Below are positions 49,696 through 60,331 of a stretch of DNA of 64,000 bases, piece after piece. A program made the position numbers and the translations under genes. The DNA comes from Nitrospinales bacterium (GTDB lineage: Bacteria > Nitrospinota > Nitrospinia > Nitrospinales > VA-1). The DNA is taken from contig CBDCXL010000002.1 in NCBI GenBank assembly GCA_965223795.1, positions 2,112,001 through 2,176,000 of the forward strand, in the 5' to 3' direction. Under the pieces are notes generated by a model. The model was not told where the DNA came from and did no database searches. It saw only the letters and a list, made by a program, of their open reading frames with translations. Each line of letters starts with the position of its first letter. Positions within the stretch are counted from its first letter, which is position 1.

Positions 49696-49827
49696 AGCGA
49701 TAGCACGGTTTTATACCCTTTTTCGGGCAGTTTCCCGTGGAATGGCAGCGATTCAGAGAGATTTTTGTGAAATGCAAATAAGAGGCGGTTTTACAGTGAT
49801 TTTAGCGCTATTTCGGAAAATTTTCGA

Positions 49828-51264
49828 TCAGGAGGTCACGCCCAGGCGGCTGGTGAGGATCCGGGTCCCCATGCGCGCCTTGGCGGTGAAATCGGCCCAG
49901 GAACGCACTTTGGCGATCTGCTTCATGATGTAGGTCGGCTGGCGGTAGAACCGGCTGTGGCATTCGTCCTGAATGGCGCGCAGCTCCTCCTCTGAAAAAT
50001 CGCGGTTCCAGAAACGGATCTTGAAGTCGGGCGTGGGGTGTTCCGCGAACCGCTGCCAGTAATCCTCGGGCACGATGCCTTCCTTCAGCATCTGAAAATA
50101 CAGTTCCGTTTTCGGGTAGGGCGTGCAGATGGAGAACTGGGCGTAATCGGGTTTCAGTTTCTTGGCGAAGTCCACGGTGTGCATCATCTCTTCGCGCGTC
50201 TCGTGCGGGATGCCGATCATCATGTAGGCGAAAAAACCGATGCCGGTTTTCTTCGTCAAGCGGCAGGCGCGCAGCACTTTTTCGGGCGTCTGGCCTTTCT
50301 GCAGATATTTCAGGTGGCGCGGCGTCGCCGATTCGATGCCGTAATGGATGCGGTAGCAGCCGGAGCGCTTGAGGGCGCGCAGGATGTCCTCGTTGACCGT
50401 GTCCACGCGCGCGGAAATCTTGTAGTGGACTTTGAGGCCGCGCTTGACGATGCGGTCGCAGATGGCGAGCACGTTTTTTTTGTCGATGGTGATGGTGTCG
50501 TCGACGAAGAACAAATCGTCCACACCCATGTCCACCAGTTCCTCGATCTCGCCCACGACGCTTTCCGGCGAGCGCATGCGGAATTTGGTCTTGCGGATGT
50601 CGCAGAACGAGCAGGCGGCCGGGCATCCGCGCGTCGCCTGCAGCGTGAAGAACTGCCGTCCCTCACCGATGATGTGCTGGTATTGGGAAACGTCCACCAG
50701 ATGCCGGGCCGGGTTGGGCAGGGCGTTGAGATCCACAAGATCGGTGCGCGCCGGGTTGATGCGCGGCACGCTGTCCTGCTTGAAACCCAGCCCGCGGATG
50801 CTTTCCAGGCGCGGCGAATCGGGGCCGTCCGCTTCCAGAACCTGCGCAAACTCGGTGAAGATGGGCTCGCCCTCGCCGAACACGACGAAATCGATTTCCG
50901 GCTGCGCCAGGGTTTCCTGCGGATACAGGTTGACGTGCGGACCGCCGAGGCAGATTTTGACATCCGGTTTTTCCCGCTTGAGGACGCGCGCGGCCTGCAG
51001 CGCGTCGAGCAGGTTGAAGGTCATGATGCTCATGGCTACCAGGTCCGGCTGGATCTCGCGGCAGCGGGCGATCAACTCCGCTTCGGTCACGTTTTCCGGC
51101 GGGCAGTCGATGAACACCGGCCGTTCTCCCGTCGCCCGCTGGTAATGGGCGGCGACATACAGCAGGCCGAGCTTGGGGTAGTAGCCTTTGCCGCCTTCCA
51201 GCGCCTTAGGGACGGAGGAATCGAGAGACAGGGTCTCGGGCGGAACCAGAAATAAAATTTTCAT
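49828..51264 (-). CDS. Cobalamin-binding radical SAM protein
   Basis: PKLGLLYVAA, GGPH, GEGE, RGCPAACSFC, FVDD, GIES. Confidence 0.9.
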   Translation of the reverse strand: MKILFLVPPETLSLDSSVPKALEGGKGYYPKLGLLYVAAHYQRATGERPVFIDCPPENVTEAELIARCREIQPDLVAMSIMTFNLLDALQAARVLKREKPDVKICLGGPHVNLYPQETLAQPEIDFVVFGEGEPIFTEFAQVLEADGPDSPRLESIRGLGFKQDSVPRINPARTDLVDLNALPNPARHLVDVSQYQHIIGEGRQFFTLQATRGCPAACSFCDIRKTKFRMRSPESVVGEIEELVDMGVDDLFFVDDTITIDKKNVLAICDRIVKRGLKVHYKISARVDTVNEDILRALKRSGCYRIHYGIESATPRHLKYLQKGQTPEKVLRACRLTKKTGIGFFAYMMIGIPHETREEMMHTVDFAKKLKPDYAQFSICTPYPKTELYFQMLKEGIVPEDYWQRFAEHPTPDFKIRFWNRDFSEEELRAIQDECHSRFYRQPTYIMKQIAKVRSWADFTAKARMGTRILTSRLGVTS

Positions 51265-51366
51265 GGGAACGCGGGGGGAATTTGCTTAGAATCGGGGCGT
51301 CGCTGTCCGCGCCGTCGAGTGGGGCGGCTCCCGAATGATGGACACTCAACCAAGGATGCGAAACCT

Positions 51367-52338
51367 GTGAAACCCGTTGTCACCGTCACCAATATCTTTC
51401 CCGAAACCGCCCTGGAAAAACTCGCGCCGCATTGCGACCTCAAGACCAACGCCACGGAAACGCCGCCGGCCGAGGAGCAGCTCAAACAGTCGTTCTCCGA
51501 GAGCCAGGCGGTGATCACCTACTTATCGGACAAGATCGGACCGGACATGATCGACGCCGGCAAGAATCTGAAAATTATCGCCAACTACGGCGCAGGCTTC
51601 AACAACATCGACGTGGCGCACGCGGCCAAACGCGGCGTCTACGTGACCAACACGCCGGGCGTGCTGCACGAAACCACGGCGGACCTCACCTGGGCGATGC
51701 TGCTGGCGGTGGCGCGGCAGATCGTGCCTTCGGACGCCTACACGCGCGAGGGCAAGTTCAAGGGCTGGCAGGCGAAGCTGTTTCTGGGCAACGATGTGTA
51801 CGGCAAGACGCTGGGCGTGGTGGGCTGCGGCGAGATCGGCGGCGCGGTGGCGCGGCGGGCGCTGGGGTTTGGCATGCGGGTGTTGTACCACCAGAGAAAA
51901 CGTCTGCCGGAAGCCGAGGAAACAAAACTCAACGCCGAGTTCGTGCCGCTGGACACGCTGCTCAAAGAATCCGATTACGTGACGCTGCACGTTCCGCTGA
52001 CGGCGGAGACGCGCTACCTGATCGCCGCCGAGCAGCTCAACCTCATGAAGCCAACGGCCTACCTCATCCACACCGCGCGCGGCAAGGTGGTGGACGATCA
52101 GGCGCTGGTGGAGGCGCTCAGGGAAAACCGCATCGCGGGTGCGGCGCTGGATGTGTACGAAAACGAACCGGAGCTGACGCCCGGTATGACGGAGCTGGAC
52201 AACCTGCTGCTCTTGCCGCACATCGGCAGCGCCAGCTTCGAGACGCGCGACCGCATGGCGCTCTTGGTGGCCGACAACGTGCTGGATGCGCTCAACGGAA
52301 AAACGCCGCGCAGCCTGGTGCCGGGGTGGGGGAAGTGA
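51367..52338 (+). CDS. D-2-hydroxyacid dehydrogenase (glyoxylate/hydroxypyruvate reductase type)
   Basis: TNTPGVL, GCGEIG, ARG, LDVYENEP, PHIGSA. Confidence 0.92.
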   Translation: MKPVVTVTNIFPETALEKLAPHCDLKTNATETPPAEEQLKQSFSESQAVITYLSDKIGPDMIDAGKNLKIIANYGAGFNNIDVAHAAKRGVYVTNTPGVLHETTADLTWAMLLAVARQIVPSDAYTREGKFKGWQAKLFLGNDVYGKTLGVVGCGEIGGAVARRALGFGMRVLYHQRKRLPEAEETKLNAEFVPLDTLLKESDYVTLHVPLTAETRYLIAAEQLNLMKPTAYLIHTARGKVVDDQALVEALRENRIAGAALDVYENEPELTPGMTELDNLLLLPHIGSASFETRDRMALLVADNVLDALNGKTPRSLVPGWGK

Positions 52339-52546
52339 GCCTTAAAAGATTTAGACAGGATGGACAGGATAAAAGCGAAAGGCGGGGACTCGCGCAACAC
52401 CCACAGGGTGCCGCCGCGAAGGCGCAAAGTAAAGCGGGAGAACGAAAGTTGAATAACTCCTTCGATATTGTGTGCGGTAGGGTGTTTTTTGCATACTGTA
52501 AAAACCGCTCATTTTTGCAAACCACGATTGCCCCGTTCCGGGTCTG

Positions 52547-53482
52547 ATGATCTTTAAAAGAATCCGGCGACTGGCGTTCAAACTGCTCGGCAATGTCCGA
52601 AGCCTTCTGTTTTATATTGCCTATTTCGCGCTGGAAGTGCCGGTTTGTGCCTACCATCGCTATATCAAAAAACGAAGCCTGAAGCAACTCGGCATCCGGT
52701 TTCCCATTTTCCATCCGGTCTGCTTCAATCGGGTCGAATTTTTAATTTATTTTGCCAGCAAAGGCATCATCGAGGAGATGATTTTCAGGGAGGGGGTCTA
52801 CGAAGAGGACCTGCTGAACATCGCCGATCGCTTGATCCGGGATAAAACCATCGTGATCGATGTGGGGGCGAATATCGGGTTCATCAGTCTGTATCTGGCC
52901 AAAAAATATCCGGATAACCTCGTGCTCAGCTACGAACCGGTGTCCCTGGCCTACGGCTGCCTGGAAAAATCCAGAAACGTCAATGCGCTGGAGAACATGA
53001 AGGTGTTCAAGACGGGTGTGGGAGCGAGCGCGGACAAGGTCGAAATCCATTCTCCCACTCCGGGAACGTACAACAAGGGTCTGGCTGCCATCGATGCCAA
53101 TTTCGATCTGGACGACACCTTTGTGAAGGAAACGATCGACATGGTCTGCCTGGACGCGCATGTACCGCCCAGTCCGCGGGTCTCCTTCATCAAAATCGAT
53201 GTCCAGGGTTATGAATTCAACGTGCTGAAGGGAGCGAAACAACGCATCGAAAAGGACAAGCCCGCGATCGTGTTCGAGCAGTTCGACGGCTACCACACGT
53301 CTCCTCTGGATGTGCGCAGAGACATCGCGTCGTTTTTCGCCGCTTTGAACTATGAACTCTATTGCATCCGGTCCGGCCGCGTCCCCAGGCCCTATTGTTT
53401 CCTGGAGAAAATAGACATCGCCTCCGAAAAGGCGGTCAACGGGGATATCGTGGCCATTCCCGTGGATTCGGCTGGCGGGTAA
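52547..53482 (+). CDS. FkbM family methyltransferase
   Basis: IDVGANIG, YEP, FIKIDVQGYE. Confidence 0.88.
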   Translation: MIFKRIRRLAFKLLGNVRSLLFYIAYFALEVPVCAYHRYIKKRSLKQLGIRFPIFHPVCFNRVEFLIYFASKGIIEEMIFREGVYEEDLLNIADRLIRDKTIVIDVGANIGFISLYLAKKYPDNLVLSYEPVSLAYGCLEKSRNVNALENMKVFKTGVGASADKVEIHSPTPGTYNKGLAAIDANFDLDDTFVKETIDMVCLDAHVPPSPRVSFIKIDVQGYEFNVLKGAKQRIEKDKPAIVFEQFDGYHTSPLDVRRDIASFFAALNYELYCIRSGRVPRPYCFLEKIDIASEKAVNGDIVAIPVDSAGG

Positions 53483-53536
53483 GACACGGGGGATTTCCAC
53501 TCCCCCGGCGGCTTTGCGTGTGCATCTCTGCTTTAA

Positions 53537-54634
53537 TCACACATTGAACCGGAAGTGCACGATGTCGCCGTCCTGCACGATGTAGGTCTTTCCCTCGACG
53601 CGGAATTTGCCCGCGTCCTTGATCGCCTGTTCGGTCTTGTACTGCATGAGATCGTCGTAATTGTACACTTCGGCGCGGATGAAGCCTTTCTCGAAATCCG
53701 AATGGATGACGCCGGCGGCCTTCGGCGCGGGCAGGTTCTTGCGCAGCGTCCAGGCGCGGTTCTCCTTGCCGCCCACGGTGAAAAAGGTGACGAGATCGAG
53801 CAGCGCGTAGCCGGCGTTGATCATCTTGTTGAGCCCGGTTTCCTTCAGCCCCATCTCCTCCATGAACACTTTCTGCTCTTCGGGATCGGTGATCTCCATG
53901 ATCTCGTTTTCCAGCTTGCCCGCCAGCACCACGAACTGCGCGCCTTCCTCTTTGGCGAACGCTTCGGCCTGCTTCACGATGCCGCTTTCGCTGTCGGCCG
54001 GGTCGCCGATGTTGGCGACGTAGAGCACCGGCTTGCTGGTGAGCAGGCTCAGCGTGCGCACGAATTTTTTTTCCTCCTCGGTGGTGAAGTCCACCCTGCG
54101 CGCGGGCTCGCCGTCGTTGAGCGCGGCGATGATCTTCTCGACGCAGCCCATCTCGAACTTCGCCTGCTTGTCGCCGCTTTTGGCGGTCTTGGCGAGCTTG
54201 TCCTTGCGCCGCTCCAGCGTTTCCAGATCGGCGATCAGCAGCTCGGTGTTGATCACGTCGATGTCCGAGGGCGGATCGAGCGTGTCGGCAACGTGCGGGA
54301 TGTTGGCGTCCTCGAAGCAGCGCACGATGTGCGCCAGCGCGTCCACTTCGCGGATGTGGCCGAGAAACTGGTTGCCCAGCCCTTCGCCCTTGGAGGAGCC
54401 CGCGACCAGGCCCGCGATGTCGACGAACTCCATCGTGGTGTGCACGGTTTTTTTCGCGGGCACCAGCTCGCCGATGCGGTCGAGCCGCTCGTCGGGCACG
54501 GACACGACGCCGTGCACCGGTTTTGTAGTAGAGAACGCGTAGTTCGCCAGCTCGCCGCCGGCGCGGGTGAGGGCGTTGAAGATGGTGGATTTGCCGGTGT
54601 TGGGCAGGCCGACCAGGCCGCAGGTGAAGCCCAT
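53537..54634 (-). CDS. ychF: Redox-regulated ATPase YchF
   Basis: GLPNTGKST, DIAGLV, GEGLGNQFL, GFIRAEV, VQDGD. Confidence 0.96.
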   Translation of the reverse strand: MGFTCGLVGLPNTGKSTIFNALTRAGGELANYAFSTTKPVHGVVSVPDERLDRIGELVPAKKTVHTTMEFVDIAGLVAGSSKGEGLGNQFLGHIREVDALAHIVRCFEDANIPHVADTLDPPSDIDVINTELLIADLETLERRKDKLAKTAKSGDKQAKFEMGCVEKIIAALNDGEPARRVDFTTEEEKKFVRTLSLLTSKPVLYVANIGDPADSESGIVKQAEAFAKEEGAQFVVLAGKLENEIMEITDPEEQKVFMEEMGLKETGLNKMINAGYALLDLVTFFTVGGKENRAWTLRKNLPAPKAAGVIHSDFEKGFIRAEVYNYDDLMQYKTEQAIKDAGKFRVEGKTYIVQDGDIVHFRFNV

Positions 54635-54769
54635 GAGTTTCCTTTCTAAAAATTCGGGCGTGCTCCACTCAAAGGAGCTGCCTTTTTGAAACTATTTGAA
54701 ATTGGTCACTTTTTGTTACATCTGTCCGGTTTCGCCAAAACAACCGGCGTAAATTCAGGGGTTTCGGTT

Positions 54770-54785
54770 TGGCATAATGCTTGCT
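54770..54785 (+). promoter_or_regulatory. sigma54 (-24/-12) promoter
   Basis: TGGCAT-AATGC-TTGCT. Confidence 0.7.
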
Positions 54786-54945
54786 GATTTACCAGCAGGA
54801 GGGCGGCGCTGCGGTTTGGGGCCGGGTTTTCAAGGCGTAAGCCGGTCCGGGGCACTCGGGTCCTGACTGTCGCCGGTCATTATAGCAGACTGCACCTGCG
54901 GTGCGGCAACCGTCCACATCCACCACAACTCTAGCGGAAAACAAC

Positions 54946-56040
54946 ATGCTGCGTTCGATCATCTGGACGGTTTTATTTTTGTCGGTGCTGGCGGTGTCGG
55001 CATTCGGGCTGCTCATCCTGCTTGTCTCGGCGAAAGAGGGCGGGGAAACCTGGCAGCTCGTCACGGGCGCCGGCGTCTTTCTGGTTGTGCTCGTCCTCTG
55101 GTGGCGGCTTGCGTCCGGGTTCGAAGGCCGCTACAACAAGACCATCTCGACGCTGGGCAAGGCGGTGCTGACGACGCTGTTTCTGTTCTTCACGGTGATG
55201 GCGACGCCGTACGTGCTGGCCTCGATCCAGGGGCCGCGCTTTGCGGAACAGGCGAGAATCGAAAATTTCACCGAAACGGCCATCGAGTGGCCGGGCTTTG
55301 CGGGGCCCGTGGGCCTGCGTCTGGAGTGGGATCTGGTGCACCCCTTTCACGAAGTGGGCGTGCTGTATCCTCCGAAGGTTTGGATGGGTACGTTCAAGCG
55401 GTTTGATCTCCCGAATGCCTATTTCAGTCTCGACTTCCATTATTTTAAAGAGGGCGACACGCAGCCGGACGCGCGCCGTCTGTCGGTGCTGGAAAGCCTG
55501 CCCTTCGGTCCGATGGGGGATTCGGACGGGCTGCTTTCTTCAGAGAGACGGACGCACCTGGTTTACGATCTGTATCCCAAAAATCTGGTGCACCTTGAAT
55601 CGTCGGACAAGCTGTGCCTCAACCGCGACAGCTTTCCCATCAACACGTCGCTCAAGGGACCGCCGGTCTATCATCAGGGAGAGGACCTGAGCGCGCTGTG
55701 GTTGTTCGCGGGCGGGTCGAACCTGACAGTCGATTTGAGTCCGCTGCTCATGAACGAACTGCGCAAACAAAGCCGGTTGCAGGGCAGGCAGCGCGAGTGG
55801 AAGGCGATGCAGAAACGGTTTCAACCCGCCGGGCTGCGCCTCGCGGGCTACGACCCGTGCCGCCTGGAGAAAGGCAATCTGGATTTTGTCAAAGGACGGC
55901 TCTGTTTCTGCAAGAACCGGCGCGGCCGCGGACCCCTACGCCGGGCCCCGCTGGAGGTTCCCGTTATCAAGCCCAAGGGCATGGCGACGCTGAACGCCAA
56001 GCCGCAGCCGCTGGACGCGGTGCCTTCGCACAAAGACTGA
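54946..56040 (+). CDS. Hypothetical membrane protein (3 N-terminal TM helices plus soluble domain)
   Basis: 364-aa ORF with typical codon style. Confidence 0.7.
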   Translation: MLRSIIWTVLFLSVLAVSAFGLLILLVSAKEGGETWQLVTGAGVFLVVLVLWWRLASGFEGRYNKTISTLGKAVLTTLFLFFTVMATPYVLASIQGPRFAEQARIENFTETAIEWPGFAGPVGLRLEWDLVHPFHEVGVLYPPKVWMGTFKRFDLPNAYFSLDFHYFKEGDTQPDARRLSVLESLPFGPMGDSDGLLSSERRTHLVYDLYPKNLVHLESSDKLCLNRDSFPINTSLKGPPVYHQGEDLSALWLFAGGSNLTVDLSPLLMNELRKQSRLQGRQREWKAMQKRFQPAGLRLAGYDPCRLEKGNLDFVKGRLCFCKNRRGRGPLRRAPLEVPVIKPKGMATLNAKPQPLDAVPSHKD

Positions 56041-56135
56041 ACTCGATCGCACGGAATCTGATAGGGTGATTTTTTAGAATCTACCGATTTTAGTTTCGAG
56101 AATTCCGTCCCGGATTTTTTTAAGACAAACTCATT

Positions 56136-59100
56136 ATGCAAACACAGTCGAACGGCTTCAAAAATAATGACAATGGATGGCGTGTGAACGCGGCGCGCGT
56201 GTTTTTGCTGTGTGTGTTCTGGCTGGGATTTCATTTTCCGGCCTGGGCGAAAAAACCGGTGCACGTTCCGGAAGCCCTGAAGCCGTGGACGCAATGGGTG
56301 CTGGACGGCATGCCGTCCATCGACTGCCCGTTTCTGGGGAATGCAGTGCCAGCGCCTCGGCCGTCCGGTAAAAACGGCGTTGCGGTACAACGCCTGTGCG
56401 CCTGGGGCTCGGCGCTCAATCTCGCGGCGACATCCAAAGGGGCGCGGTTCGATCAGCAGTGGACGTTTTACGACACGGCGACTCTGCCGCTGCCGGGCGA
56501 CAAGCAGCACTGGCCGCTGGCGGTGCGCGCCGGCGGGAAACCGGTGCCGGTGACCGAACGCAACGGCGTGCCCACGGTCACGCTGAAAAAAGGCAGCTAC
56601 CGCATCGAAGGCCGCTTTGAATGGACCCGGCTGCCGCAGTGGCTGACGCTGGGATCCTCCACCGGGCTGGTGCGGCTCACGCTCGACGGCAGGAACATCG
56701 AATTTCCGCAGTACAGCGGCGGGCGCATCGGCCTGGGGCTCAAGCAGAACAAGGACGCGCAATCCGCGCCCGCGCGCATCCACATGAAGGTGTTCCGTAA
56801 AATCTACGACGACGTGCCGCTGACGGCCGAGACGCGGCTCGTGCTCGACGTTTCGGGGCCGGGCCGGGAAGTGGTGCTCGGCCGCGCGCTGCTGCCGGAG
56901 CATTATCCGCTCGGCATCGCCAGTCCGCTGCCGGCGCGGCTGGAGGCGGACGGACGCCTTAGGCTGCAGGTCAAACCGGGTCACTGGGAGATCGTGCTTT
57001 CAAGCCGGCATCCGCGGCACGTGCTGAAAATCCCGCTGGATGATCCACAGGGACCCTGGGCGGAAGAGGAGATCTGGAGTTTTCAGGCCAACACGTCGCT
57101 GCGCCATCTGGAGCTTTCCGGCCTGCCGCCGATCGATCCCGTGCAGTCGGGCGTGCCGCAAAACTGGCGGCAGCTGCCTGCGTTCAAGGTGAAGCCCGGC
57201 GAAGCGCTGATTCTGAAAGAAAAACGCCGCGGCAATGCGGAGCCCGCCTCCAACGTATTGCACCTCAATCGCGAGATGTGGCTCGATTTCGCCGGAACCG
57301 GCTACACCGTGCAGGACCGCCTCACCGGAACGCTCAACCAGGGCTGGCGTCTGGACGCGCACCCGGACATGCAGCTCGGCCGGGTCAACGCCGCGGGACG
57401 CGACCGGTTGATCACGCATTCCAAGGACGGCGCGACCTCCGGGGTGGAGGTGCGGCAGGGCAAGATCGACATCACCGCCGTCAGCCGTATGGATGCGAAA
57501 GGGCACGCGTTTCCTGCTGTCGGCTGGCGGCACGACGTGCAGTCGCTCGGCATCCAGGTGCAACTGCCTCCCGGTTACCGCCTGCTCACGGCGACCGGCG
57601 TGGACGCGGTGCACACCAGCTTCATCGGCCGCTGGACGCTGTTCGATCTGTTCATCCTGCTGATGATCACGGCCTCGGTGAGCCGCCTTCTCGGCAGGCG
57701 CTGGGGCGTGGTGGCGTTTTTCACCGTCGGCCTGCTCTACCATGAAGCCAACGCGCCGGTGTTCGTCTGGCTCAGCATCGTCGCCAGCCTGGCGCTGCTC
57801 AACGTGCTGCCCGAAGGCCGGTTCCGCACCGTGGTGGTCTGGTACCGAAACTTGAGTTTTCTCGCGCTGGCGCTGATCGCGCTGCCGTTCATGATCGATC
57901 AGGCGCGGCAGAGCCTGTACCCGCAGCTGGAAGGCGCCGGGCACCGCGCGGTGCCGCCGTACGGCGTGCGCGTCGCATCGCGCGCCGTGGACAAACTGCA
58001 GAAGAAAAAGGAATCCAAGATAGAACCGGGAATGGGAGATGTGGCCGCGCCCGCCGAATCCGAGGAAGACATTGCGGATTCGTTTTCGAACCGCTACTCC
58101 GCATCGAAGTTGGCTGGACAAAGGGAGTTCAAGCGCATCGATCCCAACGCACAGATACAGACCGGACCGGGACTGCCGGCCTGGCGGTGGAATTCGGTGC
58201 GCCTGTCGTGGAGCGGTCCGGTGGGGCAGGGCGAGGACGTGAAACTGGTTTTGATTCCGCCGATCGTGAACCGGGTTTTGGGCTTTGTTCGTATTTTTCT
58301 GGTGGTCGCGCTCAGTGCGGGCCTGCTGCTCCGGCTGCGCTCCGGCCCCGGTTTTTTTCCGCCGAAAACGGCGGCGGTGGCGGCGGGGCTGGCTGCGGCG
58401 TTGTTATTCCACGTTGGGGCGCCCGTGCCCGCCGCAGCGGAGATGCCCACGCCCGCGATGCTTGAGGAACTAAAACAACGGCTGCTCGCGCCGCCCGAAT
58501 GCGGCGCCTGCTTTGAGATCGAGCGCGCCGAAGCGCAGGTGCAGGGCGGCCGGTTGACGATCCGGCTGGATGCGCACGTCGAGGAAACGCTGGCGCTGCC
58601 GCTTCCCGGCAGGCGCAACCAGTGGCTGCCGCAGTCGGTGGTGCTCGACGGCAAACCGGCAAAACAATTGCTGCGGGTCGACGGAAAACAGGGCGTCTGG
58701 CTGCGCGTGACGCCGGGAATCCATCAGGTCGTGCTGTCGGGACCGCTGCCTGAGACCGATCAGGTGCAGGTGTTTTTTCCGCGCAAGCCGCACCGGTTCA
58801 CGGCGCGCCTCAAAGGCTGGCAGGCGGGCGGCATGCAAAACGGCCGCCTGTTGAGCGACAGCCTGCAACTCACGCGCATTCAGAAATCCGCCGAAAAGAC
58901 TGTCCTGCGTTCGGACGCACCGCCGGCGTTCGTGGTGATCGAGCGCCTGCTGCGTCTGGGCCTCGACTGGCAGGTGATCACCAAAGTCCGGCGCGTGGCG
59001 CCGCCGCTGGGGCCGATCAATTTCGCCGTGCCGCTCATCGAGGGCGAGTCGGTGCTGAGCGAAGCGGTCAAAATGGAAAACGGCCGGGTCCTGGTTTCGC

Positions 59101-60287
59101 TGGGCGCGAGCGCCCGGCAGGTGCAGTGGGTCTCGACGCTGGAAAAAACCGGCAGACTCAAGCTCACGGCGCCCAACAACACGAACTGGGTGGAGCTTTG
59201 GACGCTCGATGTCAGCCCCACCTACCATGTCGAATTTTCCGGCATCCCGTCTGTGCTCAGGCAGAACCAGGGAGCCTGGCAGCCGCAGTTTAGGCCCTGG
59301 CCGGGGGAAAGCCTGACGCTGGACCTCACCCGGCCGGAAGGCGTTGCCGGCAGCACGCTCGCCATCGACGCGGTGGAGCTGCGCATGACGCCGGGCGCGC
59401 GGACGACGCAGTCGGACCTGAAACTCAAGATCCGCAGCAGCCAGGGCGGACAGCATCCGGTGGTGCTGCCGGAGAACGCCCATTTGGACTCGGTGACGCT
59501 GAACGGAAAAACCCAGCCGATCCGCCAGGAGGGGGCGCTTGTGGCGCTGCCCATCCGCCCGGGCGAACAGGATTATCATCTGCGATTTTCGATCCCCGAA
59601 GGCGTGACCGCGAAAACCGGCACGCCCGCCATCGACCTCGGTCATCCGGCGGCGAACGTGCATGCCATCGTCACCGTTCCGCGCAACCGCTGGCTGCTGT
59701 TCGTGCACGGGCCGAGCATGGGGCCGGCGGTGCTGTTCTGGGGAGAACTGTTCGTGGTTCTGGTGCTGGCGCTGCTGTTGGGCCGCTATTCCCGGCTGCC
59801 GCTCAAGACCTGGCACTGGATGCTGCTGGGCGTCGCCATGAGTACCATCGCCCTGACCCAGTTTCTCATCGTGGTGGGGTGGTTGTTCGCGCTTTCCCAG
59901 CGCGAGCGCGCCGCAACCGGGGAGTGGCCGCGCTGGCAGTTTAATTTCATGCAGGCGGGGCTCGGCTTCCTCACGGTGGCGGCGGTGGGCTGTCTGTTTT
60001 TCATCATCGGCACCGGGCTTTTAAGTTCGCCGGACATGGCGGTGGTGGGGAACCAGTCTTCGTCGCATTCGCTGCACTGGTTCGCCGACCGCATCGCGGG
60101 CCCGCTGCCCGAAGCGTGGTTCGTGTCGGTGCCGCTTCTGGTGTACCGGGTCGCCATCCTGCTTTGGGCGCTGTGGGTGGCGTTCGCGCTGCTTGGCTGG
60201 CTCAAGTGGGGATGGAACTGCTTCAGCCGCGACGGCCTGTGGCGCAGGAAAACGAAAATAGTGGTGCCGAAAACCAGCACCGCTTGA
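56136..60287 (+). CDS. Very large uncharacterised membrane protein with internal duplication
   Basis: 1383 aa; signal-like N-terminus; two beta-rich soluble regions each followed by a TM bundle. Confidence 0.8.
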   Translation: MQTQSNGFKNNDNGWRVNAARVFLLCVFWLGFHFPAWAKKPVHVPEALKPWTQWVLDGMPSIDCPFLGNAVPAPRPSGKNGVAVQRLCAWGSALNLAATSKGARFDQQWTFYDTATLPLPGDKQHWPLAVRAGGKPVPVTERNGVPTVTLKKGSYRIEGRFEWTRLPQWLTLGSSTGLVRLTLDGRNIEFPQYSGGRIGLGLKQNKDAQSAPARIHMKVFRKIYDDVPLTAETRLVLDVSGPGREVVLGRALLPEHYPLGIASPLPARLEADGRLRLQVKPGHWEIVLSSRHPRHVLKIPLDDPQGPWAEEEIWSFQANTSLRHLELSGLPPIDPVQSGVPQNWRQLPAFKVKPGEALILKEKRRGNAEPASNVLHLNREMWLDFAGTGYTVQDRLTGTLNQGWRLDAHPDMQLGRVNAAGRDRLITHSKDGATSGVEVRQGKIDITAVSRMDAKGHAFPAVGWRHDVQSLGIQVQLPPGYRLLTATGVDAVHTSFIGRWTLFDLFILLMITASVSRLLGRRWGVVAFFTVGLLYHEANAPVFVWLSIVASLALLNVLPEGRFRTVVVWYRNLSFLALALIALPFMIDQARQSLYPQLEGAGHRAVPPYGVRVASRAVDKLQKKKESKIEPGMGDVAAPAESEEDIADSFSNRYSASKLAGQREFKRIDPNAQIQTGPGLPAWRWNSVRLSWSGPVGQGEDVKLVLIPPIVNRVLGFVRIFLVVALSAGLLLRLRSGPGFFPPKTAAVAAGLAAALLFHVGAPVPAAAEMPTPAMLEELKQRLLAPPECGACFEIERAEAQVQGGRLTIRLDAHVEETLALPLPGRRNQWLPQSVVLDGKPAKQLLRVDGKQGVWLRVTPGIHQVVLSGPLPETDQVQVFFPRKPHRFTARLKGWQAGGMQNGRLLSDSLQLTRIQKSAEKTVLRSDAPPAFVVIERLLRLGLDWQVITKVRRVAPPLGPINFAVPLIEGESVLSEAVKMENGRVLVSLGASARQVQWVSTLEKTGRLKLTAPNNTNWVELWTLDVSPTYHVEFSGIPSVLRQNQGAWQPQFRPWPGESLTLDLTRPEGVAGSTLAIDAVELRMTPGARTTQSDLKLKIRSSQGGQHPVVLPENAHLDSVTLNGKTQPIRQEGALVALPIRPGEQDYHLRFSIPEGVTAKTGTPAIDLGHPAANVHAIVTVPRNRWLLFVHGPSMGPAVLFWGELFVVLVLALLLGRYSRLPLKTWHWMLLGVAMSTIALTQFLIVVGWLFALSQRERAATGEWPRWQFNFMQAGLGFLTVAAVGCLFFIIGTGLLSSPDMAVVGNQSSSHSLHWFADRIAGPLPEAWFVSVPLLVYRVAILLWALWVAFALLGWLKWGWNCFSRDGLWRRKTKIVVPKTSTA

Positions 60288-60331
60288 TGCGCTTGCGATA
60301 GCGAATCGAACCTGAACGGAAGGATGGTTTC

